64,000 nucleotides of DNA from Microcoleus sp. (lineage in GTDB: Bacteria; Cyanobacteriota; Cyanobacteriia; Cyanobacteriales; Microcoleaceae): the NCBI GenBank assembly GCA_052279835.1, contig CP181291.1:992001-1056000 (forward strand), in the 5' to 3' direction. The notes beneath the pieces are model-generated. The model worked only from the letters and a program-made list of their open reading frames with translations. It was not told the DNA's origin and ran no database searches. Below, in pieces: positions 1 to 10,073 of the stretch. The translations under genes and the position numbers were made by a program. The stretch's first letter is position 1. Every line of letters begins with the position of its first letter.

Positions 1-463
1 TTGGCAAAAAAACCAGCGCCAGTGGTCCCTCAAATCCGACAAGCGGCTGACAGCCACTGTCGGCATAGAATTTACACCATCTCCCTACGACAGCAAAGCA
101 GCCCTGTGTCCCGAAGATGGTCACTATCTGTCGCGAACAAAAGTTCCTTTTAGCAGAATACCGTTTTACATAGAGCGGTGTACGCTGTGCGGGGGAATTT
201 GGTGCGATAACGGCGAGTGGGACATTCTAGAAAGTCTCGGATTCCACACCGAGATTGACCAAATGTTTTCTCCCACATGGCAAGCTAAAGCCCGCTTGCA
301 GGAACTGGCCGAAAGGGAGCGCCAAGTCCTGATAGAAAAGCTAGGTCCAGACATCGCCGGCTATGTGTTGGAACTTGCAGAAGTTTTAGCAGACCATCCC
401 CATGCAGATTGTGCGGCTACTTATATACTGCGGAAAGCTGAGTTGAAGCGAAAGGAAATTTAG
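1..463 (+). CDS. zf-TFIIB-type zinc-finger domain protein (5' partial)
   Basis: Frame from base 2 is open through the listed 263..463 ORF and reads ...AALCPEDGHYL...FYIERCTLCGGIWCDNGEW..., a zinc-ribbon signature. Confidence 0.7.
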   Translation, partial: WQKNQRQWSLKSDKRLTATVGIEFTPSPYDSKAALCPEDGHYLSRTKVPFSRIPFYIERCTLCGGIWCDNGEWDILESLGFHTEIDQMFSPTWQAKARLQELAERERQVLIEKLGPDIAGYVLELAEVLADHPHADCAATYILRKAELKRKEI

Positions 464-473
464 TCCTTTGTGA

Positions 474-630
474 GTTGACAGTTAGCAGTTGACTGTTAAC
501 TGTTGACTGTTGACTGTTGAGACTAAAAAAAACAAAAAACAAAAAACCACAAATAACCAATAACAAATAACCAATAACAAATAACTAAGGACTAATAACT
601 AAGGACTAATAACTAATGACTAATGACTAT
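474..630. repeat. Short tandem heptamer/14-mer arrays (GTTGACT, AAATAACCAATAAC, TAAGGACTAATAAC), STRR-like
   Basis: Tandem units directly visible in the intergenic region. Confidence 0.8.
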
Positions 631-2583
631 TCTTTGTTTTGCGTCGAAAATCTACGAGTAGCTTATCCTCAGCGCCGAGGCCAATCCGGTTGGGCCGTTG
701 ACGGCGTTTCCCTGACACTGCAACCGGGAGAAAAGCTGGGATTAGTTGGGGAATCGGGATGCGGCAAGTCAACTTTGGGACGGGCGGCGATGCGTTTGCT
801 GCCGGAGTCAACCTTGATTGAGGGGCAAGTTCTGTTTAGTGGAGAGTCAATATTTGAAATGAATGCTTCGCGACTCCGAGGGTTTCGGGGCGAAGCTGTG
901 GCACTGATTTTTCAAGACCCCATGACTCGCCTCGATCCTTTGATGACTGTCGGTCAACATTGTATTGAAACTTTGCAGGCTCATCGACCGAATTTGTCAA
1001 AAAAGGAAGCTAAAAAACGGGCTATTGAAGTTTTGGAAGCGGTAAAAATTCCGGCTTCTCGCTGGTCGCAATTTCCTCACGAATTTAGTGGCGGAATGCG
1101 CCAAAGAGTGGCAATTGCTTTGGCTCTTTTGCTCGAACCTAAATTAATTGTGGCGGATGAACCAACTACCAGTTTGGATGTTACTGTCGCAGCCCAGATT
1201 TTGCAGGAATTAACGCGACTTTGTGCTGAACGGGGAACGGCTATTTTGTTGATTTCTCACGATTTGGCGATGGTGGCTGAGTATTGCGATCGCATTGCGG
1301 TGATGTATGGTGGCAAAGTGGTAGAAACCGGACCAGTGGAGCAAGTTTTTCAACAGCCACAACACGAATATACTCGATCGCTCTTAAAAGCAGCCTTGCA
1401 CATTCAGAAGGAAGAATACAACCCCGTACCGGGAGAATATAACCCCCCCCTACCCCCCCCAAGGGGGGAAATTCAGTCTCCCCCAAGGGGGGAAATTCAG
1501 TCTCCCCCAAGGGGGGAAAGTCAGCCCCTGCCAAGGGGGGAAAGTCAGCCCCTGCCAAGGGGGGAAAGTCAGCCCCTGCCAAGGGGGGAAAGTCAACCCC
1601 TCCCAAGGGGGGAAACTCAGCCTCTGCCAAGGGGGGAAAGTCAGCCTCTGCCAAGGGGGGAAAGTCCATCCCTCCCAAGGGAAAGTCCATCCCTCCCAAG
1701 GGAAAGTCCATCCCTCCCAAGGGAAAGTCCAGCCCTCCCTAACTCCAAAGGGGGGAACGAGGAAAGCAATTCTCCTCTGTTGAGGGTGACAAATTTGCAA
1801 CAGCACTACAGTTTAGAAAGCAATTTATTAGAACAGTTATTTTCTCGGAAACGTGATGTAATTAGAGCAGTAGATGGGGTTAATTTCCAGCTAGAACAGG
1901 GAGAAATCCTAGGGCTGGTAGGGGAGTCAGGCTGTGGCAAAAGTACATTGTCACGGACGATTTTGCAGCTAATTCCCTCAACTGGTGGCAAAGTGGAATT
2001 TCAGGGAATAAATTTGACAGCCCTGACTAGGGATGCTGTGAGGAAACACCGCCGCCAAATGCAAATGGTATTTCAAGACCCCCACGCTTGTTTGAATCCG
2101 ATGATGACTGTGGGAGAAAGTATTGCTGACCCTTTATTGATTCACAAACTAGCTAATACCCGCGAAGCTAAAAGACAAGTAATCCAAATGTTAGAACGGG
2201 TGGGTTTGACTCCTGGGGAAGATTTTTTTAGTCGCTATCCAGCGGAATTGTCAGGAGGACAACAGCAGCGGGTTTCCATCGCTCGCGCTTTGATTACTCG
2301 CCCACAATTGATTATTTGCGACGAACCGGTGAGTATGCTGGATGCGAGTGTTCAAACCCAGGTTTTAGAACTGATGTTGGAATTGAAGCAGGAATTTAAT
2401 CTCACTTATTTGTTTATTACCCATGATTTGTGGGTGGCGCGATTTTTTTGCGATCGCATTGCAGTGATGAATGCTGGCAAAATTGTGGAAATTGGCAAGA
2501 CTAGGGATATTTTTACGAATCCACAGCACCCTTACACTCAGCAGTTGTTGCAAGCGGCTCCTTTATTGGCTCGAACCAATTGA
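616..2583 (+). CDS. Dipeptide/oligopeptide/nickel ABC transporter ATP-binding protein, two fused NBDs
   Basis: Two GESGCGKST Walker A motifs, FSGGMRQR/LSGGQQQR signatures, DEP Walker B, HPYT C-terminal motif. Confidence 0.95.
   Translation: MTNDYSLFCVENLRVAYPQRRGQSGWAVDGVSLTLQPGEKLGLVGESGCGKSTLGRAAMRLLPESTLIEGQVLFSGESIFEMNASRLRGFRGEAVALIFQDPMTRLDPLMTVGQHCIETLQAHRPNLSKKEAKKRAIEVLEAVKIPASRWSQFPHEFSGGMRQRVAIALALLLEPKLIVADEPTTSLDVTVAAQILQELTRLCAERGTAILLISHDLAMVAEYCDRIAVMYGGKVVETGPVEQVFQQPQHEYTRSLLKAALHIQKEEYNPVPGEYNPPLPPPRGEIQSPPRGEIQSPPRGESQPLPRGESQPLPRGESQPLPRGESQPLPRGETQPLPRGESQPLPRGESPSLPRESPSLPRESPSLPRESPALPNSKGGNEESNSPLLRVTNLQQHYSLESNLLEQLFSRKRDVIRAVDGVNFQLEQGEILGLVGESGCGKSTLSRTILQLIPSTGGKVEFQGINLTALTRDAVRKHRRQMQMVFQDPHACLNPMMTVGESIADPLLIHKLANTREAKRQVIQMLERVGLTPGEDFFSRYPAELSGGQQQRVSIARALITRPQLIICDEPVSMLDASVQTQVLELMLELKQEFNLTYLFITHDLWVARFFCDRIAVMNAGKIVEIGKTRDIFTNPQHPYTQQLLQAAPLLARTN
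1459..1737 (+). repeat. In-frame tandem repeat: nine 24-bp units (PRGESQPL-like) then three 21-bp units (PRESPSL)
   Basis: Units such as CCAAGGGGGGAAAGTCAGCCCCTG counted directly. Confidence 0.95.
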
Positions 2584-2679
2584 TTTTGGATTTTGAATGG
2601 GGGATTTCGGGAATTTGGCTTTAAATTCGTTAAAGTAAAGGCAGACATTTGAAATCATTCCACCGACACCAAGCACCAT

Positions 2680-3754
2680 ATGGCAGAATCTGACCTAGGC
2701 AGTTTTGCGGTGGCACCGGAAGCCTCATTCGCGATCGCAGAAGATGAAGACATCGAGATCGATCTTCCGACTTTAACTCGCTCGTCAGCATACAACAACT
2801 GGTCTGCCGACGATCCCGTCGGAGCTTTGTTCAAGGAAATGGCTCGCTATCCCCTGCTGACTGCCACCGAAGAGGTAGAATTAGCTCGTCGCGTCCAAGA
2901 ATTAGTAGCCCTTGAGGAACTAGAACAGAATTTGAAGCACGAATTGGGGAGAAGTGCCACAAAAGCTGAACTCGCAGCGGCTTTGGGTTTGAGCGAAACT
3001 CAACTGCAAAATCTCCGGTATCAGTGTCAGTCAGCGAAACGGAAAATGATTAGCTCGAATTTGCGGTTGGTGGTTTCCATCGCCAAACGCTATCTGAATC
3101 GGGGCGTACCTTTTCTGGATTTAATTCAAGAAGGCGCTTTGGGTTTAAATCGAGCAGCCGAAAAATTCGATCCTGAGAAAGGTTACAAGTTTTCTACCTA
3201 TGCCTATTGGTGGATTCGCCAGGGAATTACTCGCACAATTGCCAATCAAGGGCGGACGATTCGATTGCCGGTTCACATTGTCGAACAATTAAATAAACTA
3301 AAAAGAGTTTATCGGGATGTCAAGCGATCTCTCCAACGCAATCCCACCGAAGCTGAACTTGCTAAAGCCATGGAAGTTACTTCGGAACAACTTCGTTACC
3401 TCCAGCAAGTACGCCGACAATCTTTGTCTCTCAACCACCGTATCGGCTCGGAAGAAAGTTCGGAACTGTTGGATGTGATAGAAGATAGCGTGACGCAATC
3501 TCCTGAAGCTCAAATGAATGAGATGATGATGCGCCAAGATATTTTGGAGGTGTTGGACAATATTTTGACAGAGCGGGAAAAAGAGATTGTGGCAATGCGT
3601 TATGGCTTAGTAACCGGGGAACCTTACACTTTAGAAGAGGTGAGTAGTTTGTTCAATTTGTCCCGCGAAACGAGTGCGTCAAATTCAAAATAAGGCGATG
3701 CGGAAACTCCGGCGACCTCAAGTGACAGAACGGTTAAAGGGATGGCTGAAATAA
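2680..3754 (+). CDS. RNA polymerase sigma factor, RpoD/SigA family (group 2); +1 frameshift at 3668-3670
   Basis: NLRLVVSIAKRY, DLIQEG, KFSTYAYWWIRQ. Removing one A restores SRERVRQIQNKAMRKLRR...GWLK* ending at 3754. Confidence 0.9.
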
Positions 3755-3773
3755 GCCACTCTCAAAATCCTTC

Positions 3774-3821
3774 GGCGGTTGAAACCGCTACTACAGAAAC
3801 TTTCGTCCGCCTGCGCGGACT
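3774..3821 (-). repeat. ~47-bp double-hairpin dispersed repeat, copy 1
   Basis: Reverse complement AGTCCGCGCAGGCGGAC...GCGGTTTCAACCGCC matches 14132 and 16628. Confidence 0.85.
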
Positions 3822-3868
3822 CAAAAATAATGGTATTTTAATATTGGATTGTCACTTACTGCTTGTCT

Positions 3869-4354
3869 ATGTCTTCTCAGGTAAATTTGCGTCCAGCTAC
3901 GCGGGCAGACGTGCCCGTGTTGTTTGATTTGATTAAAGCTTTGGCTGAGTACGAAAAGTTATCGGATGCTGTCACGGGCAGTGCCCTGGATTTGGAGAAC
4001 CATTTGTTTGGCGATCGACCTTTTGCCGAAGCAATTTTAGCAGAGTCCGAAGGTCGAATCGTGGGCTGGGCGCTGTTTTTTCACAACTATTCTACTTTTC
4101 TGACTCAGCCGGGAATTTACTTGGAAGATTTGTTTGTCCTCCCTGAGTTTCGAGGGCGGGGAATTGGCAAGTCTTTAATAGTATATTTAGCGCAATTGAC
4201 AGTGGAGCGTGGCTGCGGGCGTTTGGAATGGAGTGTGTTGGATTGGAATGAATTGGCGATCGGATTTTACAAAGGCATAGGTGCTAATGTGATGCCCGAC
4301 TGGCGGATTTGTCGGCTGGCGGGCGAATCTCTGGCGACTTTAGCCTCAAAATAA
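3869..4354 (+). CDS. GNAT N-acetyltransferase (spermidine/spermine acetyltransferase-like)
   Basis: IYLEDLFVLPEFRGRGIGK, RLEWSVLDWN..AIGFY. Confidence 0.9.
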   Translation: MSSQVNLRPATRADVPVLFDLIKALAEYEKLSDAVTGSALDLENHLFGDRPFAEAILAESEGRIVGWALFFHNYSTFLTQPGIYLEDLFVLPEFRGRGIGKSLIVYLAQLTVERGCGRLEWSVLDWNELAIGFYKGIGANVMPDWRICRLAGESLATLASK

Positions 4355-4433
4355 TTCAAGTCAAGCTAGGAGTAAAAACAGGTGGCACAGACATCTTGCC
4401 TGTCAAAAAAACAGTAAATTAGGAGAGTAAATT

Positions 4434-4640
4434 ATGATTATTTGGGTAAACGAACAAATCGATCCATCAGGCATTCTGTATGCTTGTATTGCCTGTGTCA
4501 ATGAGACTCAAGCTAAACAATGCCATGATTCTTTTGAACAAAATTTAACCCCAGAACAAAAAAAACAGGGCTGGGTTGCTACATTGCGCACTGTCAGCGC
4601 TTGGGATGAAGTACCTGTTAATGCTTTGAAATTGAATTAA
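4434..4640 (+). CDS. Small conserved cyanobacterial hypothetical protein
   Basis: AGGAGA RBS; IWVNEQIDPSG..YACIAC pattern recalled from cyanobacterial small proteins. Confidence 0.7.
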   Translation: MIIWVNEQIDPSGILYACIACVNETQAKQCHDSFEQNLTPEQKKQGWVATLRTVSAWDEVPVNALKLN

Positions 4641-4943
4641 TCAGTGTAATTCAGTATAATTCAATTAATCTCAACTCCTCCATTAACATAGAAATCATTC
4701 ATCTCTCACTTCTCTTTCTCTGCGCTCTCTGCGTCCTCTGCGGTAAAAAATATCATAAACAACCGCCAACGAAAAAACATATTGCTGTTCCAGGCGATCG
4801 CCCAGATAGCCCAGCACATAATCGGAAAAAAAACAAGATAATTTGAACATAAATTTGTCAAATTATCAAGATGTCAAACCGAGAAGAGGTTTTAGCCTTA
4901 CTATTAATAAGTAAAGACATTTCAAATTGTCAACTTAATTTTT

Positions 4944-5939
4944 ATGGTTGAAACCTTATTTCACGCCTACACGCCTCTACTAATCTGGACAGGCCTAGGA
5001 TTACTCTTATTTCAGTTCATCCCAGTTAATTTTCCCAAACTACTAAGCCACTTTCTTTTTTGGATCGGGATACCGCTGCAAATTCTAGTTTTAGCCCGTC
5101 ACAGCGAATTTTCTGGTGCGGTGGGATTCACCCCTGCGATCGCCATATTTGTGCTATTTCTGAGTACGAGTTTAGCTTGGCTGACTTGGCAGTTATTGCA
5201 ACAGCTAAGCGCCCACCACATCGCCAAGCCCTATTTTTTGGGCAAAAACTCTTTACTCAATGCACTATTGTTAAATTTTAGCTCCCTGAAGCGATCGAGC
5301 CAAGGCAGTTTTATCCTAGCGGCAATATTAGGAAATACCGGCTTTGTCGGCTTAGCGATCGCCCCCAGCATCATCAGCGCCGACAATAACAACTGGGCGG
5401 TATTATATAGCGTGACCAATAACGTGTTCGGAACCTATGTATTTGGTGTATTTATTGCTAGCTATTACGGTCATTCCCAGCAAAAGAATCAATGGTGGAC
5501 TCAGCTAAAAGATGTGGTAACAGTCCCAGCATTATGGGCATTTTTAATTGGCTTTTTAACCAGAAATGTCGCCTTACCGGAGACAGTAGAATTAGGATTG
5601 CAAGCAGCAGTTTGGGTAGTAATTGCCAGTGCTTTGCTGTTAGTTGGTATTCGTCTGAGGTCTATTAAAAAATGGCAAAGTTTTGAAATGGGCTTAATCC
5701 CATCCCTACTAAAAGCAATAATTGTCCCCATGTTCATAGGATTGGGTGCTAGTTATTGCGGATTAAGTGGCGATCCGAGACTCGTGCTGGTGTTGATGTC
5801 GGGAACACCCACGGCACTTTCTGTGTTGATTTTAGCAGAAGTCTATGAACTCGATCGCGATTTGTTAGCTTGCAGTATTGCCATAACTTCTGTGGGGTTG
5901 CTGTTGATGCTTCCCGTGTGGCTAGCTTGGTTTAGTTGA
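4944..5939 (+). CDS. AEC (auxin efflux carrier) family transporter
   Basis: Multi-TM protein; GNTGFVGL and SGTPTA motifs. Confidence 0.85.
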   Translation: MVETLFHAYTPLLIWTGLGLLLFQFIPVNFPKLLSHFLFWIGIPLQILVLARHSEFSGAVGFTPAIAIFVLFLSTSLAWLTWQLLQQLSAHHIAKPYFLGKNSLLNALLLNFSSLKRSSQGSFILAAILGNTGFVGLAIAPSIISADNNNWAVLYSVTNNVFGTYVFGVFIASYYGHSQQKNQWWTQLKDVVTVPALWAFLIGFLTRNVALPETVELGLQAAVWVVIASALLLVGIRLRSIKKWQSFEMGLIPSLLKAIIVPMFIGLGASYCGLSGDPRLVLVLMSGTPTALSVLILAEVYELDRDLLACSIAITSVGLLLMLPVWLAWFS

Positions 5940-5963
5940 AGTTGGGCAATTTGTGAGGAGTCA

Positions 5964-6028
5964 AAAACCGGCTTTGTTTCCCAAATCTCCGTGGGAATTC
6001 CGAGACGATGGCAGAAACCAGGTTTTTG
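5964..6028. repeat. AGAAACCGGGTTTTT-type ~65-bp inverted-repeat element (related copies at 33163-33230 and 34183-34198)
   Basis: AAAAACCGGCTTT...AGAAACCAGGTTTTT; same terminal motif in the other copies. Confidence 0.6.
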
Positions 6029-6196
6029 GGATTTTGGATGGCGTTACTAAAAGAGGAAAATGAATAGGCGATCGGGTAAAATTGATGAAAGATGATGAAA
6101 GATAAATTTCTAAAAATCCGATCGCTTCTGGGTTGAGACAATTATCTAGCTGTAAGCCATAATTATTTAAAGTCTAATTATTTAGGAGGTGCGATC

Positions 6197-6805
6197 GTGG
6201 TTATTACTCAAACCAACCCACCAAATCTGACCGACGCGACAAAGACTAGCTTCACTCTAGATGAATATAGGGCGATCGAGGAAACTGCCGAACAACGTCA
6301 CGAATATTGTAACGGAGAAATTATCGCTATGCCCGGAGGTTCCCCCGCTCACAGCCGTATTGCCGTAGATACTACGACTTTTCTCAACGTGGCTCTCCGA
6401 GACACCAATTTTCAAACCTATAACGGCGATTTACGAATTTGGATTCCTAGCTTCAATCACGGCACTTATCCCGATGTTATGGTAATTGATGGCGAACCGG
6501 AATTCAATGGATCTCGCACGGATGAAATTCTCAACCCTTTATTGATTGTGGAAATTCTTTCGCCCTCTACGGAAGCCTACGATAGAGGTGAAAAGTTCCG
6601 CAAATATCGCTCTATTGCTAGTTTTTGTGAATATTTGCTGGTGAGTCAAACTGAACCATATATTGAGCAATATCACAACCTCGATCGCCAAAGTAGCGAT
6701 CGCTGGCAATGGCAAGTGTACGATGGGATCGATCGGGCGATCGTCCTGCACAGTGTAAATATAGAAATTCCGATGTCTGAAGTCTATCGCCGCATTAATT
6801 TTTAA
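6197..6805 (+). CDS. Uma2 family (DUF820) endonuclease-like protein
   Basis: HEY.NGEIIAMPGG, YPDVMVI, VEILSPSTEAYDRGEKF; AGGAGG RBS. Confidence 0.9.
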   Translation: MVITQTNPPNLTDATKTSFTLDEYRAIEETAEQRHEYCNGEIIAMPGGSPAHSRIAVDTTTFLNVALRDTNFQTYNGDLRIWIPSFNHGTYPDVMVIDGEPEFNGSRTDEILNPLLIVEILSPSTEAYDRGEKFRKYRSIASFCEYLLVSQTEPYIEQYHNLDRQSSDRWQWQVYDGIDRAIVLHSVNIEIPMSEVYRRINF

Positions 6806-6869
6806 TGGCCATTTTTTTCATTGTTAAATGGATGATGTTTAAATAGAAATATAAGTTTAGGAGAAAGCT

Positions 6870-7475
6870 ATGACTACTCTAATTCAACATCCAGGGCAAA
6901 ACCAACTTGAAACCCCAGCAGAGGAAAAAGTCTGGACTGATGCTGAATTCATGGCACTCAATCGAGATGGACACCGCTACGAAATTGTAAATGGAAAACT
7001 AATTGACATGGGAAATTCGGGTGCAAAACACGGTTATATTGCGATTATTTTGAGTGCTGCGTTATTTAACTGCGTATCAACGAGAAAATTAGGCGCGATG
7101 TTCGATTCCAGCACTGCTTTCAAGATGAAATCAGGGAATAAGCGATCGCCCGATGTTTCATTCATGGCAAAAGAACGCCTGCAAGGGCTAGATGATATTC
7201 CCGATGGCTTCCTAGAAGGTGCGCCCGATCTTGCCGTAGAAATCCTTTCTCCTAGCAATACTGTGGAAGAAATTCACAATAAACTGGTAGAATATTTTGA
7301 AAATGGAGCGCGTTTAGTTTGGGTGATTAACCCTAAAGAAAAGTATGTGTTGGTGTATCGATCGTCCCAAGAGCCCGATCGCCTGCTCAAGTCCGTTGAC
7401 TCCCTAGATGGCGAAGAAATCGTCTCCGGCTTTACTCTTCCGGTTGCGGATTTATTTCAAAAACTGGCGTTTTAA
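6870..7475 (+). CDS. Uma2 family endonuclease-like protein
   Basis: RSPDVSF, APDLAVEILSPSN, YFENGARLVWVINP. Confidence 0.9.
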   Translation: MTTLIQHPGQNQLETPAEEKVWTDAEFMALNRDGHRYEIVNGKLIDMGNSGAKHGYIAIILSAALFNCVSTRKLGAMFDSSTAFKMKSGNKRSPDVSFMAKERLQGLDDIPDGFLEGAPDLAVEILSPSNTVEEIHNKLVEYFENGARLVWVINPKEKYVLVYRSSQEPDRLLKSVDSLDGEEIVSGFTLPVADLFQKLAF

Positions 7476-7551
7476 TTAATTGGGCGATCGGGCTATAGTT
7501 CTTCATCCCAAAGTATGATAGAGTTAATGTATCAAAAACTTATTAAATACT

Positions 7552-7953
7552 ATGACAATTGAAAATCTTGAAGCTGAGGTTCTTGCACTTCCAAAGGACT
7601 CTCAAGCAGCACTACTATCGCGACTTATAGAACACTTGTGGCGTGGTGAAATAGATCGAGAAGTTGGATCTATCGGGGGTGAGGAGACCCAAAAGCGCGA
7701 TCTGATAATCAATATCCGAATGAATCAACCTCAAAGCGATTTAATCGATCGCGCGGCTCAAATACAAGGAAAAAGTCCCGCACAGTTCATGATGGAGTCA
7801 GCCTACCAAAAAGCCCAAGATGTTCTTTTAGACCGATGTTTTTTTGGGTTAGATGAAGTTAAATTTAAGGAATTTGTAGCATTGCTAGATGCTCAGCCTA
7901 TGGGAAATGAAAAGCTACACACATTACTAACAACTCAATCTCCATGGGATTAG
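7552..7953 (+). CDS. DUF1778 (TacA-like) antitoxin with an N-terminal addiction-module-like extension
   Basis: INIR....Q.DLIDRAA...GKS...FM.ESA...AQDVLLD...F.LD...F...LDA; ends PWD overlapping the next ATG. Confidence 0.75.
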   Translation: MTIENLEAEVLALPKDSQAALLSRLIEHLWRGEIDREVGSIGGEETQKRDLIINIRMNQPQSDLIDRAAQIQGKSPAQFMMESAYQKAQDVLLDRCFFGLDEVKFKEFVALLDAQPMGNEKLHTLLTTQSPWD

Positions 7954-8090
7954 AACAAGATCGACAGCAGCTTTCTCCTCCCGAAAAAATGAATTCATTA
8001 CATCAAATTGACAGCTTTAATTCAGGCAACAATGAATTAAACTATCTACAATTATTAGAATTAGGAGTCCGAGAGCTAGTTATTCTTTGA
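7944..8090 (+). pseudogene. Truncated GNAT toxin (TacT/AtaT-like) N-terminus
   Basis: MGLEQDRQQLSPPEKMNSLHQIDSFNSGNNELN resembles the start of DUF1778-paired GNAT toxins, then runs into the convergent gene and stops after 48 codons. Confidence 0.65.
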
Positions 8091-8533
8091 CCATAACCAA
8101 GGTAAGCAGTGCGAAAATTTTTAGATTTAAGTATGGCTACAAATTGATTCGCTTTAGAATGATTATAAAATGAAGCAACTATAATTTTATTGACCGATGG
8201 CTCGTAAGCAGCATCACAACAGTACAACTGGCGAATTTGTCTGAGATTGGATTCACTATAATCTACATAAACAGGATACCAAGTTCCTGTCCCTCCTGCA
8301 CTTTTATCTCCACAAAAACTCCTCGGAAACTTGAAAAAAGAATAATTTGTTTTAGTTTGCTGATAAGTTTGCTGATAACGAGGAGAATTAGTTTGACATT
8401 TGCTGAAAATAATTGTCACAAATAAACCAGCGATTAGTGAAAAAATTATCAATCTCCTTTTGTTAAGCTTGCCTGTCTGATGTTTTTGCAGAGCTTTCAA
8501 AATTCTCCGTTCTAAATCTCTGTTATCACTCAT
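8042..8533 (-). CDS. Hypothetical membrane-anchored protein with Cys-containing C-terminal domain
   Basis: TM segment LIIFSLIAGLFVTIIF; CGD..WYPVYVD..YCCDA; 7 bp from the AAA gene. Confidence 0.7.
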   Translation of the reverse strand: MSDNRDLERRILKALQKHQTGKLNKRRLIIFSLIAGLFVTIIFSKCQTNSPRYQQTYQQTKTNYSFFKFPRSFCGDKSAGGTGTWYPVYVDYSESNLRQIRQLYCCDAAYEPSVNKIIVASFYNHSKANQFVAILKSKNFRTAYLGYGQRITSSRTPNSNNCR

Positions 8534-8540
8534 AGTTCAC

Positions 8541-9653
8541 TTATTCTTTTTGCTCGTTTAAAGCTGCTTGCACTTTTTTTGTGACTGCTTCAGTTTCCTC
8601 TGAGGTAAGTTTTTCTGAGGCAGGTTTAACATTAATGCGAGTTGTTTTAATGTGTTCTATTGACTTAAGTAGATCGCTGAGCTCAACCTCCTCTTTTCTT
8701 TGACGTGCAACTCTCATAGCTGCATCAATAACAGCATTTTTGATATCACGACCACAAACGTCATCTACTTTTGCAAGTTTCTCTATAGATAGATTTTTGA
8801 CTCCTGGCAGCTTTTGGGGGAGATGTTTCCGCCAAATTTGCTGGCGACCTTTTTCATCTGGCATGGGAAATTTTACGTGACGCACCCGTGTTTCAAAGGC
8901 TTTATCATAGTTCTCAACTAAATTTGTAGAAAAAATTACAACACCGCGAAATCGTTCTAAACAAATTAGTAACTGACTCCTCATGGAATTTATGGCTTGC
9001 TCTGAACCTTGGTTAACATTGGTGAGTCTTTTTGATAGAAGTGAGTCAGCTTCATCTATAAATAATAAAGCCCCTTCTCGCTCTGCTGCTATAAAAATTG
9101 CCTCAACATTTTTTGGTCCTTCGCCGTGATACATACTTTCTATTTGTGCGTAACTAGCCACTAAAATCGGTCGATTTATTTTCGAGGCAATTGCGTGTGC
9201 TGCTAATGTCTTTCCAGTTCCAGGGAGACCGTGAAAGTTTAAAGCCGTTCGAGGGAACGGCTCTATTTCCCTAAGACCCCACTCGTCAAAAATTTTAGCT
9301 TCTAGCTCAATTAAATCAACCGCTAAAAGTAATTCATCCTCTATTTCTTGAGTAATAATTAATTGCTCAAAAGTAAATAAAGGTTTTCCGGCTTTATACT
9401 TCTGAGCGCGTTCTTCCGGTGACAGATCATTGTCAGATTTTTTTTGATTGGTGTCACTGGTATTCGCAGCCAATTTTTCATTATTTTTGTCAATTTCTGA
9501 TGTAGTACCAATAGTAATCTGGATTAGCTCAATACCAGTTTCATCCAGTAGCTTATTGACTGCATTCAAAAGTCTATTTTGACAAAGACGTGCTGCAACT
9601 TCTGGTATTTGATCGGGAATACCATCTACCCAAATAGAGCGACTTTGATTCAT
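8541..9653 (-). CDS. AAA+ family ATPase
   Basis: Walker A GLPGTGKT, Walker B LLFIDEAD, second region of homology STN...YDKAFETR. Confidence 0.9.
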   Translation of the reverse strand: MNQSRSIWVDGIPDQIPEVAARLCQNRLLNAVNKLLDETGIELIQITIGTTSEIDKNNEKLAANTSDTNQKKSDNDLSPEERAQKYKAGKPLFTFEQLIITQEIEDELLLAVDLIELEAKIFDEWGLREIEPFPRTALNFHGLPGTGKTLAAHAIASKINRPILVASYAQIESMYHGEGPKNVEAIFIAAEREGALLFIDEADSLLSKRLTNVNQGSEQAINSMRSQLLICLERFRGVVIFSTNLVENYDKAFETRVRHVKFPMPDEKGRQQIWRKHLPQKLPGVKNLSIEKLAKVDDVCGRDIKNAVIDAAMRVARQRKEEVELSDLLKSIEHIKTTRINVKPASEKLTSEETEAVTKKVQAALNEQKE

Positions 9654-9723
9654 ATTCTGCTAAATATCATTTGTGAGCGATATAATGACGTTTCCTGAAC
9701 TATTGCCAAAATGCAATTTTCTT

Positions 9724-10065
9724 TTACCCATTACGATGAGTCTGCTTAATTATTGGGTCAACAGAACCAGCTTGAATGACTCTTGCATCATAAATTTTTT
9801 GACTTTTGTTATCAAATATCCCCTGAACTATTTGGCAACTACCACTATCAATGTCTTTCAATACGGTAAAAGCTAGATATTCTCTATCTTGAAAAGAACG
9901 ACGATCGTTTTTAACCAACAAATAATCAAAGTTTCTAAACCAGCTCAATAATATATGAGCATTTAAATCGGCAAAATAAACAGTTACATACAGGCCTGTG
10001 GCAAAAATTCTTGCCCAGAAAGAGTCATCTTCGGGGAATTCAGCACTAGCAATTTTTTTGTTCAT
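9724..10065 (-). CDS. Hypothetical protein, paralog of 10074..10442; in-frame TAA 8 codons before the paralog-equivalent end at 9700
   Basis: Shares TVYFA.L.A.I...WFR.F.YLLV.NDRR.FQ.REY.AFTV and GIFDNK.QKIYDARVI with its neighbour. Confidence 0.75.
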   Translation of the reverse strand: MNKKIASAEFPEDDSFWARIFATGLYVTVYFADLNAHILLSWFRNFDYLLVKNDRRSFQDREYLAFTVLKDIDSGSCQIVQGIFDNKSQKIYDARVIQAGSVDPIIKQTHRNG

Positions 10066-10073
10066 AGTTTACT

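Noticed and set aside
1459..1737. Possible CRISPR array
   Set aside because: Units are contiguous with no unique spacers, in frame within a CDS, and no cas genes are present
1241..1806. Antisense ORFs of 159 and 118 aa
   Set aside because: Shadows of the stop-free tandem repeat
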